A program made the position numbers and the translations under genes. The notes beneath the pieces are model-generated. The model had not been told where the DNA came from and ran no database searches. It saw nothing but the letters and a program-made list of their open reading frames with translations. 64,000 nucleotides of DNA from Phoronis australis (taxonomy: Eukaryota > Animalia > Phoronida): contig NMRA01000488.1 in NCBI GenBank assembly GCA_002633005.1, forward strand, positions 160,194 to 224,193. The letters run 5' to 3'. Positions 1 to 11,800 of this stretch are shown piece after piece; the first letter of the stretch is position 1; every line of letters starts with the position of its first letter.

Positions 1-374
1 TATCCTCAGCTTTAAATATGCGAGACAAGTTTTAAAAATTTCTAATCCTAAATCAACTTGTCAATGCAGGGCCTCCACTCACCTGAGGAGAAAAGTGCCT
101 GTACCTTCTAAGAGGGTAATTTTTTGGTTTAGTTGGAAAATGAGCAGTTGCCACACCTCACCAGCAATGCCTCAAATAACCAAAACTAACGTTTTTGCAG
201 GAGTAATTTTAATCTTGAGAGGAAGTTTTTAATCACTGCAGGGGAATTTTAAGGCATGAGGAGACAAATTTCATGTCATCATTTTTGAAATATTTTTCAT
301 AGGGGAATGTGACTGATATTTAGCCCCTAAACTGAATTTTCAATTGTCATGTAAAATACGTTTTTCAATAGTAC

Positions 375-459
375 CTTGGGGTCAAGTAGATAGTTGTAAG
401 GCATGAATAGGATGTCTGCTTCTTGTTTGGTCTCCTTAGCCATGTAGTATGGGCATACA
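375..459 (-). CDS. RTEL1: RTEL1 coding exon 6
   Basis: tatttcag|...[28 protein letters not shown]|gtacta; 85 nt. Confidence 0.93.
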
Positions 460-3400
460 CTGAAATAAGAAGCAATGTCAAGACACAGTCAAAGGTGGAT
501 TTGCATGCGAGTCAGGGTGTTAAGCTCCAATTTTCACCATTAAAGCTGCATTTCTGCCAGTTTATCTTACTGTCTAACAAAACAAAAATTAAATTATGCC
601 TTTCACTCAAATTGGTCTCTAGTAATATTCCTTGTCATCATAGTCCTAGTCAATAGTTCTTAATGCTCCGACCTTGAAAATCCGACAATTTCAGAAATTA
701 AAATCGTGTCAAAAAGACAGAGTAAAACAGACAAAGGACGGTAACGTGCCACTGCCAAAATTATGTTGGTTATTAATGAAAATAGACCATTTTATCTTGT
801 CCATTAATGATGAAGGGAGATACGCCAACTCAGTTGATCATTAGGCCAAAAGAGCATAGTTGGTCCTAGTCTCAACCCATGTTCACTGATTAAAAAAGCC
901 AGACAGCAGCTATATCAGCAGTACAAAGACAGGTAAGCAAGGTTAGACATGCCAGGTGATGAGTAAAACTTAAATGTTGGATTAGTTCTCGACTGTTGCT
1001 ACTCTTACCGATGTTTTTCACCAATCTTAACCAAATCTTCAATGTCCACCACATTGGGTAGAAAGCTGCCACCAGTTTTCTTGGCTGGAAAAAAAATGAA
1101 TTGCGACATTTAATGAAGTGCAAGAAGGTTTGCGTATGGCATCAGTAAGGCTAAATAAGAGTTTTTCATTTCGTAGGCACTTGAAAGTTCACCAAAACTG
1201 TATTACCATCGAGATTATTGTAGTACCGGCACGTGCGGCTGTTGACCTTGGCTCGACACAGATTGACCTTGACACTGTTACTTGTTTCCTGGGAGACCTT
1301 CTCATGGATACACAGTTGATCACGTGATCCCAACACGCCCACTTTGACACTGTAAACAAAGTATCAAATATGACCATTTCCACTACAGCAGAATGGGTGA
1401 ACTACGAACACGATGGGCCAAGCAACTCAGCACAGTCCATACACAGACATGCAAGCATGAATTGTCTGGTCTACTAAACAACGCTAGCAGGGAAAATATT
1501 GATTGAAACTGGAGGATTAATGATGACGAGTCACATGAGGTCGACTCCTACTAATTCATTGTGCCTGACCAGTCACACGAAGTCGATTCCTACAAACTCC
1601 TTGTGCCTGACCAGTCACATGAGGTTGATTCTTACTAACTCCTTGTGCCTAACCAGGTCTACTGTTTCATGAACCCTCTTGAGGGAAAGCAAGATGCCAT
1701 TTCTACTAGACATACGTACTCTTGTGGATAAGCCACGGCAAAAAATTTATAGTCCTACAATTTTGTGAAGGTCATGTGCGTGAATGTTAGCATGAAAGTA
1801 GAAAAAAGCAATGCTTCAGCAATATATTAAACAGGGTGTGTGTGNNNTGTGTGTGTGTGTGTGCTGTTTTAAGGCATCAATCTACTTTTCAGACAGGATT
1901 TTGTTTGCCACTGAGTCCTTTCCTACACTGCTTTTTTTAAAGACAATTTTTTGTAAATTGGGCTGTGTATTCTGATTGTAAGTAGTATTTTTCTAAGAAC
2001 AATCTTTGACGTATTAGAAAGGACACTCACTAACTGTAAGCAGTGCGCCGTAGTTCCTGGATTGCTTGCGTGAGCTGGGAGTGGGTCCTTGATGAGTAGA
2101 TAATCTTGGAAGGCTGCTCAAGAAATCCTAATGAAAATAACCGAAGTGAAGGGTATAACTAAGGACTAGTTTGAGCAAATTACAAGGATGTCACTGACTG
2201 CGCGATCGCAAATGTCTCGTCAGTCATTGGCTAATCAACAGACAGACTAAATAGTATAGGAAAGAAAATGTCCATTGCTGAAATAAAACCAAATGGCTAG
2301 GCAATGTTAACTTTAAAGTAAAAAGTTTCACACTTTCCTTTAAAAACACCGTCATTTAATATTTGATTCATTTGTAGAATATTTCTCATAGCTTAATACT
2401 CACAAATCATTAATTTGTGTGCCTGTCACTCAATCTTTCCTACCTTTGCTTCCACCAGCTGCAGTGTCCAGTTCGTTACCAAGTAACTGCTGGTAGGTAG
2501 CACCACCTTCATCAGGACCAGTCACAGCTCTTTGACTCTGCAACTGAGCTTTCTTGCTTTGTAGCCATCCTAAACTTGCGCATAGTAGACACACGGTCTT
2601 CCCTGTACCTGTTGGACTTTCTAAGATGGCATTCTCTGACTGAAGAAGGAATTTATGCACAGTATGTTATTTGCTCTAATGACCATCGCCTACGTATTTT
2701 GTAAAAGTCAAATAATTTTCTAAATATCTATTGCTTACTTACAGCTTACATTCGTTTAAAGGAATTAAGAAACAAACTAAAACAAAATTTAATACTTAAT
2801 TAATAACCATTTCTAACTGACTTAAAGCAGATACAGACCTGGCTTCTATCACAATAATGTTCGATTCAGACCTTTTAAATGCCATGAAATTGGTGTAAAA
2901 AATTCATAAAACAAATTGGAGATGATTCCTGGACTTCAAAAGTTGAACAATCAGTTATTTAATACTCGAGTTCATTCTTTACAAGTTGGCTTGTCACGTT
3001 GGTTTATTTTATGTGCAAAGCATAGTCTCAAGCTAGCAAACGGTCAGTCCTTTGCAAGCTCAGCAGCTTCTCATCTGAGATAGGACAAAGTGGAGACAAA
3101 TTTGATAGCAGTGCATGTGGTCTAATACAAAAGTTACAGTAAATATTCTATAATTTAAGACAGTCTCTAGTATTTGGAACACAGAAACTCACACAAAAAT
3201 TGAATTTTCTTGATTCTGGAATTAAGGACGAGGGCAAGTTTGATTTTCACCATATTTTTTCAAATTTTGGACGTGTCTTCTATCTAAAGATTGGCTAATT
3301 TTGCAGTCTTTCCAGTGATTCGTGAATTTGGGACAACCAACATTGCCCATTACTAGAATTTGGGACAAGCTCCAATCTTGAGCAGCTGTTTCTTAAATAG

Positions 3401-3536
3401 AATGGGGGTTTATAGCAGGTTCAGTTATATTTACCTTTTGCAGACATTCAACAACTTTCTGCATGTAGTCCATTTGACACGGATAGGGTTGGAAAGGGAA
3501 AACAATGTTGACATTATTAATTTTGAGATCCGTCAT
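375..3536 (-). CDS. RTEL1: Regulator of telomere elongation helicase 1 (XPD/DinG-family Fe-S helicase), 5' part; 6 coding exons, continues beyond position 1
   Basis: Spliced translation: [34 protein letters not shown] / [25 protein letters not shown] / [25 protein letters not shown] / [18 protein letters not shown]...[18 protein letters not shown] / [15 protein letters not shown] / [28 protein letters not shown]. It has the Q motif, Walker A, motif Ia and four Fe-S cysteines. All introns are GT-AG with consistent phases. SRTHSQL and the short motif I-Ia spacer favour RTEL1 over FANCJ. Confidence 0.95.
1009..1084 (-). CDS. RTEL1: RTEL1 coding exon 5
   Basis: ttttttccag|...[16 protein letters not shown]|gtaaga; 76 nt. 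Confidence 0.92.
1207..1349 (-). CDS. RTEL1: RTEL1 coding exon 4 (Fe-S domain)
   Basis: tttgtttacag|...[47 protein letters not shown]|gtaata; 143 nt. Confidence 0.93.
1529..1656. repeat. 42-bp tandem repeat, 3 copies
   Basis: Units AGTCACATGAGGTCGACTCCTACTAATTCATTGTGCCTGACC start at 1529, 1571 and 1613. Confidence 0.9.
1837..1863. repeat. (TG)n microsatellite containing an NN assembly gap
   Basis: gtgtgtgtgnnntgtgtg... read directly. Confidence 0.9.
2031..2127 (-). CDS. RTEL1: RTEL1 coding exon 3 (motif Ia)
   Basis: ttttcattag|...[25 protein letters not shown]...|gtgagt; 97 nt. Confidence 0.93.
2444..2639 (-). CDS. RTEL1: RTEL1 coding exon 2 (Walker A)
   Basis: ttcttcag|TCA GAG AAT...[11 protein letters not shown]...AAA G|gtagga; 196 nt, phase 0 to 1. 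Confidence 0.93.
3435..3536 (-). CDS. RTEL1: RTEL1 coding exon 1 (start codon, Q motif)
   Basis: ATG at 3536; 102 nt; FPFQPYPCQ; donor AAG|GTAAAT. An upstream acceptor ttttcag ending at 3604 implies a non-coding 5' exon further right. Confidence 0.93.
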
Positions 3537-4179
3537 TCTGTCTCAGATTGGCAAGCAGCATCAAATGATTATTTCTTGCAAGCCTGATATTTGGCACTTT
3601 TACCTGAAAATAAATAAATCGAAGAAGTCGTTCATTTTAAGTTTACATTAAGGTCAAGTATAAACATAGCTTAACAATAACTTGATGTCCAGAAGCTCAT
3701 CTTGACATTTCAAAACGGTTGCGATTTGAGTATAATCGCCAACATTCCAAAAGTGGAACACCTGGATCCAGGATGCCCTAAGGGGAAAGTGTCACGTAAC
3801 TTCCAAGAACAACATGCCGGTGGCATTTGAAGATGTGCCCGTGAAACATGGCATGGAAAATATGGGGACATTCTGATACTGCTGTAGGACGTGAGATGAA
3901 ACTTCAAAAAGTGAGACAGTTGGCAACTATGTTAAAGTGACATACATAATTATTCAAGTTCCACTGGGACGCACTGCTAGACCCCTGAGTCATTAAGTCT
4001 GTAGCTTCTCAGTTTGGTTTTAACTAATTATTACAGGGCCCTTGATCCCTCAAAATTTTCCTTCCGAAAAATATTTTAAAAATCACGCAAAATTAGAGAA
4101 CGGTACTAGGCACTTACTTGAATTCAGAAATCTGATTCAATTGAAATTTCCACAGAAACAGCCAATCAAGGTGTTTGTT

Positions 4180-4426
4180 TATCTTATTTTTCACTGAATT
4201 CTCACTCAGAAATTTTCTAAGTCTGAAATTTTCATTGATTCTCACTCAGAATTTTCCTAAGACCAAAATTCTCACTGGTTTCTTACTGTTACATAGCATT
4301 TTCTCACTTTTTCTCACTGACTTCCCAATTCCCAGTAGGTTCTCACTGGCATTTCTAACTATAATGGGTGATTTAGTGAGAATCTAACTGGAATCCAGTT
4401 AGAGTCTCACTCTCTTTTTCATAAGG
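4180..4426. repeat. Probable MITE remnant with repeated TTCTCACT sub-repeats
   Basis: TCTCACT recurs about 7 times, with one inverted copy (AGTGAGAA); no coding potential; TIR pair not resolved. Confidence 0.4.
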
Positions 4427-5029
4427 ATTAAGCCGATTAAGGGTACATGTTGCCTAGTACGCAACATGAAATCGGTTACCTTCAAGCTTCATAAAAGCTC
4501 AGCCCAAGACCCTTAATGGGTCAATGAACCTAAAGGACGAGCTTGAGTTGAACTGAACCAAAGTCTAAGCTAGTGGTACTTCAGCGATCATCACCAACTT
4601 TCAACTGGCTGCCAGTTCCATCTGCCTGGCCCTTGCCCTTGCCCTGGCCTTGTCCAGACTTGACAAGTCTGGAGAAGAAGAGTTGCGAAATACACGTATG
4701 AAATTGGCAAAACTAAACACATTATGCTTACAGGTAAGAAAATACCATGTGCACCATATTTCCCACAGCAAAGTAAAATCGGTTAGGTAACTTTGGATAG
4801 GACCTACTTGAAGATGAAGACATGACCAAGTAATGAAATAAAATAAATATTCCCGGGTGTACAGAGCGTCACCTACTGGTGAAAATAATAAAACCTTTAA
4901 AATTATGGGGTCTTTTGTCCCATATCTAATACTTTAACATCCTAAGTTTCTCAAATATTAACGTACTTATAAAAATGATTTATCTAATTGTTTGCTACTC
5001 GTGGCGTTGTCGAATTAAAACATTTTGAG

Positions 5030-5075
5030 GTAAACAGGAAGTATGGTGGTTAAAATTTAAAATGGCGCGGCAAGG
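5030..5075. promoter_or_regulatory. Candidate shared RTEL1/TICRR core promoter: ETS-, CHR-, YY1- and E2F-like motifs
   Basis: CAGGAAGT 5035-5042, TTTAAA 5056-5061, AAAATGGCG 5059-5067 and TGGCGCGGCAA 5063-5073 cluster 40-80 bp before the TICRR ATG. Motif match only. Confidence 0.5.
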
Positions 5076-5111
5076 TGTTTGTTTGGTTGTAGGTTAGGTA
5101 GGGATTTAACA

Positions 5112-5870
5112 ATGAAGCATAGTTTAGAGAAATATAGAGTCGTGTTTTTAATAGACTGTAGACTTTCAGTCACAGATAAAGACGCTTTTAGTGACAAAAT
5201 AGCGATCGTAATTCGTCAAGTTGCCTTAAAGTTGTTGACTTATTTCTCCAGTCGGAAACTTTCGGACGTCGAATGGGGATTTAAATTTTTCAACTCGTGC
5301 TCCCTGGAAGGATTTGCCAGGAAAACAGAGTTGAAACAGCTTAGTGTGGAGTCTTTTGAGGAGTTTGAAGATGCGGTGGACACTGTCCTCGATGGTGAAC
5401 GTTTCCGTGGAACTGGTTTGGCGAAGTCTCCTTCTAAAAAAGTGAACTCTGATGACTTTGTTCTGAACAACCAGGTTAATCATGCGGAATTTGACACTTT
5501 GCAGACCCTAAGACAAGCTCTCACTGAGCTCATATACGATTTCCAATGGACTTCACCAGATGTCAGTTCACCAGTGTCTGCGCGAAAACGACCAGGTCTT
5601 GCAAAACTGCAAAAGGCAAAATCTTCAAAAAAACATTTCACATTTCTTATTATGAAATTGCCGCACCAGGAAAGCAGCTTCAAGGATTTCTTCGAAATCT
5701 ACAAGGACAAGTACTCTGGAGCGAACCTTTTCGAGGCATTATTTACAAAGCTGTTGTATGAGAAGTTTTTCAATGATAATGGCATCCGATTGTTTTGGTT
5801 GGATGTTAGTGAAAGATTTGTGGTTGCTAACAGCACCCCATGTACAAAAGACAACTGCAAGAACGAAGAG
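5112..5870 (+). CDS. TICRR: TICRR exon 1 (N-terminal CIT/vWA-like region)
   Basis: ATG 5112; donor GAG|gtaaat; 759 nt. Confidence 0.92.
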
Positions 5871-8800
5871 GTAAATTAGTGTACAGTTTTGTTGGTGTGG
5901 GCCTTTATAATAACTGATGAAAATACTTTGCTCTGCTTTGCTTTGTATTGTTTTGACTAGAATGCTGCTTTCTACTGTACCCACTACTGTTTCAAAAAAA
6001 GAAAACTTTTGAGTTGGCCACTTACTGACATCGAGTCAGTCTCAATTAATATTCCTTTCTCCGACAGTTCACAAACATTTTAAGTCTGGTTTACACTTCA
6101 CCTGTTGGCCAACAGGTGGCATGCAGATTAGACTTTAAGATATCTTATATTTCCATGCCGGTTTAAGATTTACAAATTATCGACTGAAGATGTTTTGTGA
6201 ATCATCAATGTGTATTGGTTTGTAATATAACTTAACTTCGAGCATGTAGTTTTTCTACCCAATGTAAGAAGCCGTTTAAATTTGTTGTAGGACTTCTCTT
6301 GCATGGCAGCTATGACAGAAGCTCTTCAGAATCTCCAAGGTGCTGTTGTCCCTGTAAATGCGCTGCTTCAGTTGCAACGCAGTAATCAGCACCTCCTGAC
6401 CCAGTTACTATCCTCATCAACCAACCAATCAACAGGGGACAACAACTTGCTGTCTGTTTTACCGGCGTCGTCCATTTTGAACTTTTACCTGCAAAACTGT
6501 GCCCAGTTGACCGTTGAGGGCTTGTTGATTCGAAATGGTCGTCTGTTAGGTAGCTGATTTATTCTATCAGTTTTCAGATTGTCAGGAATTCTGAAAGTTT
6601 TCATTGAGGTTCATGTGCTTAAATTAATGTGTTTTTCTAAAATGATTCTACTCTTGAGAACTTGTACTATTTATTGTTTCGTAACGACCTGCTATAACTA
6701 GGGTTGAATATTTATTATTACACATTACACATTTCATGTAACTGGTGCAGGTATTTGTTGATTATTATATTTTTAGCTTTAACAACTCTCTTTTAAATGT
6801 GCCTTTCATTATGATTTCCGTTCTTTTCCAGATTGTGGTGGTAAAGAGCTGGCATTTTTGTCTGTGAAATCATTGATTAACAGTGAAAGGTGAGCTACAG
6901 ATTAAGCTTTTTTGCCTGACAGTGAGTCATTGGAAACAACAAAATATGAAATTGTAGAAATTGATTGACGAATCCCATTTCTGCTACATAGTTTAGTTCA
7001 GGTGAACAATGTTCTTGTTCCCAGGGTCTTTTCTAAATGTTCAATGTAACCAATGCTCACTGTAACCAAATCAAACTTCCATGCAATATAGAGCTGGTTT
7101 TCAATTGTGGGATGGAATGTTACAAGAAAGTGATTGTTGTAAACCAAGCACATTGTTTGACTGTGCATGTGCAGCTTTTTACGAAAGAACGAGTAGAACG
7201 ATATGTTTCTGAAGGGAATTCTATGTCACAAACAATAATTAAATAGAAAATGATAATGAAATTTTGTGTCATGATCTGTGTTCAACAATCTGTAGGAATG
7301 AAAAAAATAGAAATGTCATGTGGTTTTTTATTTCAGCTTTGCTAAAAGGGTTCCGAACCCCCCCCCCTAACCTCTCTTGTGGATCCGCCAATGTTGGTGT
7401 GTCTACTTGCGTGCTTGCTTACTTTGTCGGTACTAAAATATATTGAAATATCACCCACATTTCAAGCGATGCACTCTTTGTCAAGGGTGTGCTACAGACT
7501 GCTGAGTACATGCAGTCTGTAGCACACCCTTGACAAAGAGCGCATCGCTCGAAACGTGGGGATATTGCAAAATGGAAAGTTGATCAGGCTTTGGTCTGAT
7601 GGAAATTCTGGTTATGTTGGCGTATCTGTATTGTGTTCATCCTGTCTCATGTTGTTTCGTTGGGACCAGATCATCCTCCTCCCCACCAGATGGCAGCAGT
7701 TCGCAAGATTTAAAGTTGAACATTCGAAGCAGCAACTCGAGGGAAAGAGAAACCAGCTGTTGCTATGCTGTGTGTCATAAAATCTCCAGTGGCCATGCCA
7801 AGGATCCCACATTTAAAATGTTGGCCACTATGGCATATAGTGATGTACCCTATGAATGCTTGTTGTCTTCCCATGTCTACATGTGCTATGAAGATGACAA
7901 GAGGTCCCCGGCGGGGGAACAGAGTTACTTTACGGCCTTGCTACAGAGGCTGGCCAAAAGGAAACTCATTTTAGTAAGTACACCTTTAATAAGACGTTTT
8001 CCTATTGAAGTTAGTTGTTTTTATTTTGGCACATTGTGCAATTTTGAAAGCAATAAAAATAAAATAGGTAGAGGACTGTAGAGAAAAAAATCATATGAAG
8101 ACTTTAAGAGATTTGCTTCTATACAGTGAATTTTCTGTTGTGTGAGGAATGAGGCAGCATATTTAATGATCAAACTGAATTTTCTGGAAATATTCCTGCC
8201 TTGCTATACTTCAGGATTTGTGTTTTATCCATATTAGTTTCAAGATTCTGATTTTGTGTGCTTTTCTCAGGTTCTTGACTTCACTGAGGGCAGCAGCTCA
8301 GTCATGTGCTTATTGCAACCTTTGACCCCTGTCTGTGGCAGTCTGTCTTGTATCAAATCAAGCTCCGCCTACTTGCTTGAGAAGTCCTTGTATTTACCAC
8401 AATCTGTCACCAAGAGTACCGCGAATAGTCTCCAAGAGTTTGTTGAGAAGAGCATCAGTCATATTGTTGGTGATCTACCTGTAAATTCAGGATGTAAGTT
8501 TACAACCCTGCTTCAAATTATTCAATATTTGTGAGGCTAGTGAATGTAAACAATCAAAATGCCGTTGATACGTTGATAAGCGAAATTGTTAATAGCCTAT
8601 AGATTAAATTTAAGATTTGGAAAAAGATATTTCTGTGCAGTCTTATAACACCACTGGCACACTGAACATGAATGAGACTTATCTCCGACCACTTGCTCGT
8701 GATTGATTTAGTGGACTGTACATCATGTGTGGTCTAGTCGGACGAACTGGACAGTGTGAGTGAGAACATTTTGGATGAATATGTGTGGTGTGTGGGAGGA

Positions 8801-11800
8801 CAGATTGATGAAATTTCAGAGGAATGTGTTTCAACTCATCCACTATTGAACAGTGTAGTCCTGCAATCTACCACTGCTAGTTGACACATTATGAGTAGTA
8901 GATCACGTGTAAAATTACACGCGCGTTTTTGAAAATTGATATAATTTATTAGTGTAATTTTCTTTTAAAACATTCATGTGGGAACTCTACTCTATTCCAG
9001 CTCACGTCATCCCCTGCAGACCAGTTAACAACAAACTGTGTGACACTGTGAGAACTGTGGAGGCGTGGACCCTGTCTGCCGAACTGACCACAGTGTCGGC
9101 AAGGTAAGTTGAAACTTTCTTAAAGTCTTTGAACCCTAAATTTGCTTGTTAAAATTAAAACATTTTGTTATCACAGAATAATTTCTTAAAGCTCTTTGTA
9201 GTGGTGATGTGATGTCGCCATTTCTATAATCTATCAGTCTATCGACACCATCTTTTAGCCTATTTACATTGTCATTTTCGGTTGGTCATTTATTTAACCA
9301 GATATGCCACTTAATGTTAGGCCATTTCTAAAATCTATCAGTCTATCGACACCATCTTTTAGCCTATTTACATTGTCATTTTCGGTTGGTCATTTATTTA
9401 ACCAGATATGCCACTTAATGTTAGGAATGGTGATTCCCACAGAATGCTTACAGGAGAATGTCACCCAATTTAATTTGTTTTTTATCTTCTTAATTATTCT
9501 ATATACACTTCAACTCATATATGGTCAATCTCACCTCGCTGAGAGGTGTCGTGTTAACCTTTGAGGAAGGTGAGTAAACGACGTAGCGACATCAGTGGTT
9601 CTTCAGCTGAGTATGTGCCGCTATGGTGTGGCGTATCGTTCACGTTTGGGTGAACCATGAAGCTGCGCTGACAGCCTGTAGATCATTTTTTTTCGAACTT
9701 GAGAATCCAAAATGCTTCTGAAGTGGTTCCCTTTTTTAGATTTGTGTAAAGAAGGAAAATTTTCCACACAGTGCGTGTGGGCATTTGTTTGGGAAAAAAT
9801 CTGCAATGTTGGGTCCTAAAACTAGCTAGTTTCATAACAAATTTGGGAAAAAATTTGCAATGTTGGGTCCTAAAACTAGCTAGTTTCATAACAAATAGAC
9901 ACCAATACCATATCTTTTCAACAATAAACTCCTACCTGTGGAAATAATCGTACATCAGTGTGTTGTGTATCGGCTCTCTTGGTTTCAGATTCCCTGTGGA
10001 ATACAGTATTGATACACCTAGTGCATATTTGTCATTTCCAAATATACCGTCAGGCATACATTTGGTTTTAACTGATGGTCTCTGAATTTTTTTTTCCGAA
10101 TAAGTGCCGCAGGCTTATCTGCAGAAAACTAGTATAATATGTGGTAGTTTACTGAAGTAGCCAGACCATCCAGTGCTTGCAGGCTGTCCGCAAACACAGA
10201 ATTTGAGGTCAAGGCACGTGATTCCATTGTCCAGATGGCTGAACTGTAATGTTCCAGCCATGTGCATTTAACTGTCTACTTCTATCGTTTTGTCACAGGG
10301 TGCCTGGTGAGCAAGACAGTGACCTTATTGATAAGTTACAAGTTGCATACAAGAAAGAACCTCTCCTCCCTGTTCAAGTGAATAAGGACTCGAGTGACCA
10401 GTCTGAAGGTAATTTGCAACAACACGCCAATTCTTTGGATGCGTTGAAAGAGTTAATACCAATTATAGATTTTTCTAAAACTCCTTTCGTAGTGAAAGGT
10501 GATCCTTTCAAAATATCCCTGATTTTGAAAATTGATTTTGACATGAGTTGACAAAATCTCTACCAAATACCCTTCACCAGTAGGACATTCACTGCCTAGC
10601 AACTTCTGATGCTAACTAAAAACCTAAGTCTCAACTGGTATGCTAAGTAAAATCTGAGGTTGCCAAATTCAAAATTTTAATTCTGTACATGTCCAATAGG
10701 TGTCTCATTTCAAGGCAACATTGCTATTTAGACGAATCGTGTGGACATGAAACCAGTAGTTATAGATGAGATTTTGCCCAAGTTAGAATTCTTTTTTTCG
10801 GAAAATTGTTTTAATCGTTTCTAACTTCATGTAACCCAAACAATAATTAAAATACAAAGAAAAGGTTAGAAAATATGGGGATGACAATGTGCTCGTTGCA
10901 CCATATTGAAATTTTGTGTGATGTCTGAAGCTTTGATTGGCCAGTAATAATAAATGAGATTTGACCCTGATTCTGATTGGGCAGAATACTTGTAATGTCT
11001 GTATTTGGTTGCACATGACCTTTGTGACCTTATTTCACAAAAAAAAAATACAAACAGTTATATTTCGGAGCCTCGATATGTGCGAAAAGGTGAAATAGTC
11101 TATTACTTCCTCAGAAAACTTTGTAAGTGGTGAGAAATCTTTGAATTTGAGTTTGCATTTGGCAAGTTGAGCTACTAGAATCAGAAGTCACATTTGATGA
11201 GTAATACAATCTGAGGTTGTATGTTGCGAGCTTTTACTCGCCATATCGAACGGACTCTGCCAAGAAACTGTAACTTTACCTACAAAACCAGTTATAATGC
11301 ATGTCCATTTACTGATTGGTTTTGTGCAAGATAAGTTTGCTTACTTAATTAACGAGAATATTCTCTTAATCATTTTCTCTCTATGCTCTATCTTTGAAAC
11401 TGGATTGTAATCAATACATTGCTTGTTGTAAGGATCAAAAGTGAGTGCCTCTGCTTTAAAAGATTCTACAACCAAAGACCCAGTCCACGAAAAACTCAGT
11501 CGCACATTCCGAAACAGTCGGTCGAGGGCCATGATCGAGCGAAGTAAGACACGCCTTCAGAAGAGGACCAGCAACAGTCCGGTGAAGTCGGAGATTATTG
11601 TTGACAGAAAAGAAAACAAAAACACTCGCGCTGTGGCCACTGTTGGTAGGTTGAATGCTCAGGACTATGCACCTCTTATTGGTTCAAGGACAGTGTGTGG
11701 TCTAGTTGTAAAATGTTCAGATCCCAGTCGAAGACTGGCCTAAATTACTTCTGGACTTCTGGACATTTCGTTTCTCTCCAGCTCAGATTTATCGTGTGCT

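Noticed and set aside
375-3536. FANCJ/BRIP1 or DDX11 identity for the helicase
   Set aside because: [20 protein letters not shown] and the short motif I-Ia spacer fit RTEL1; FANCJ and DDX11 have long insertions there.
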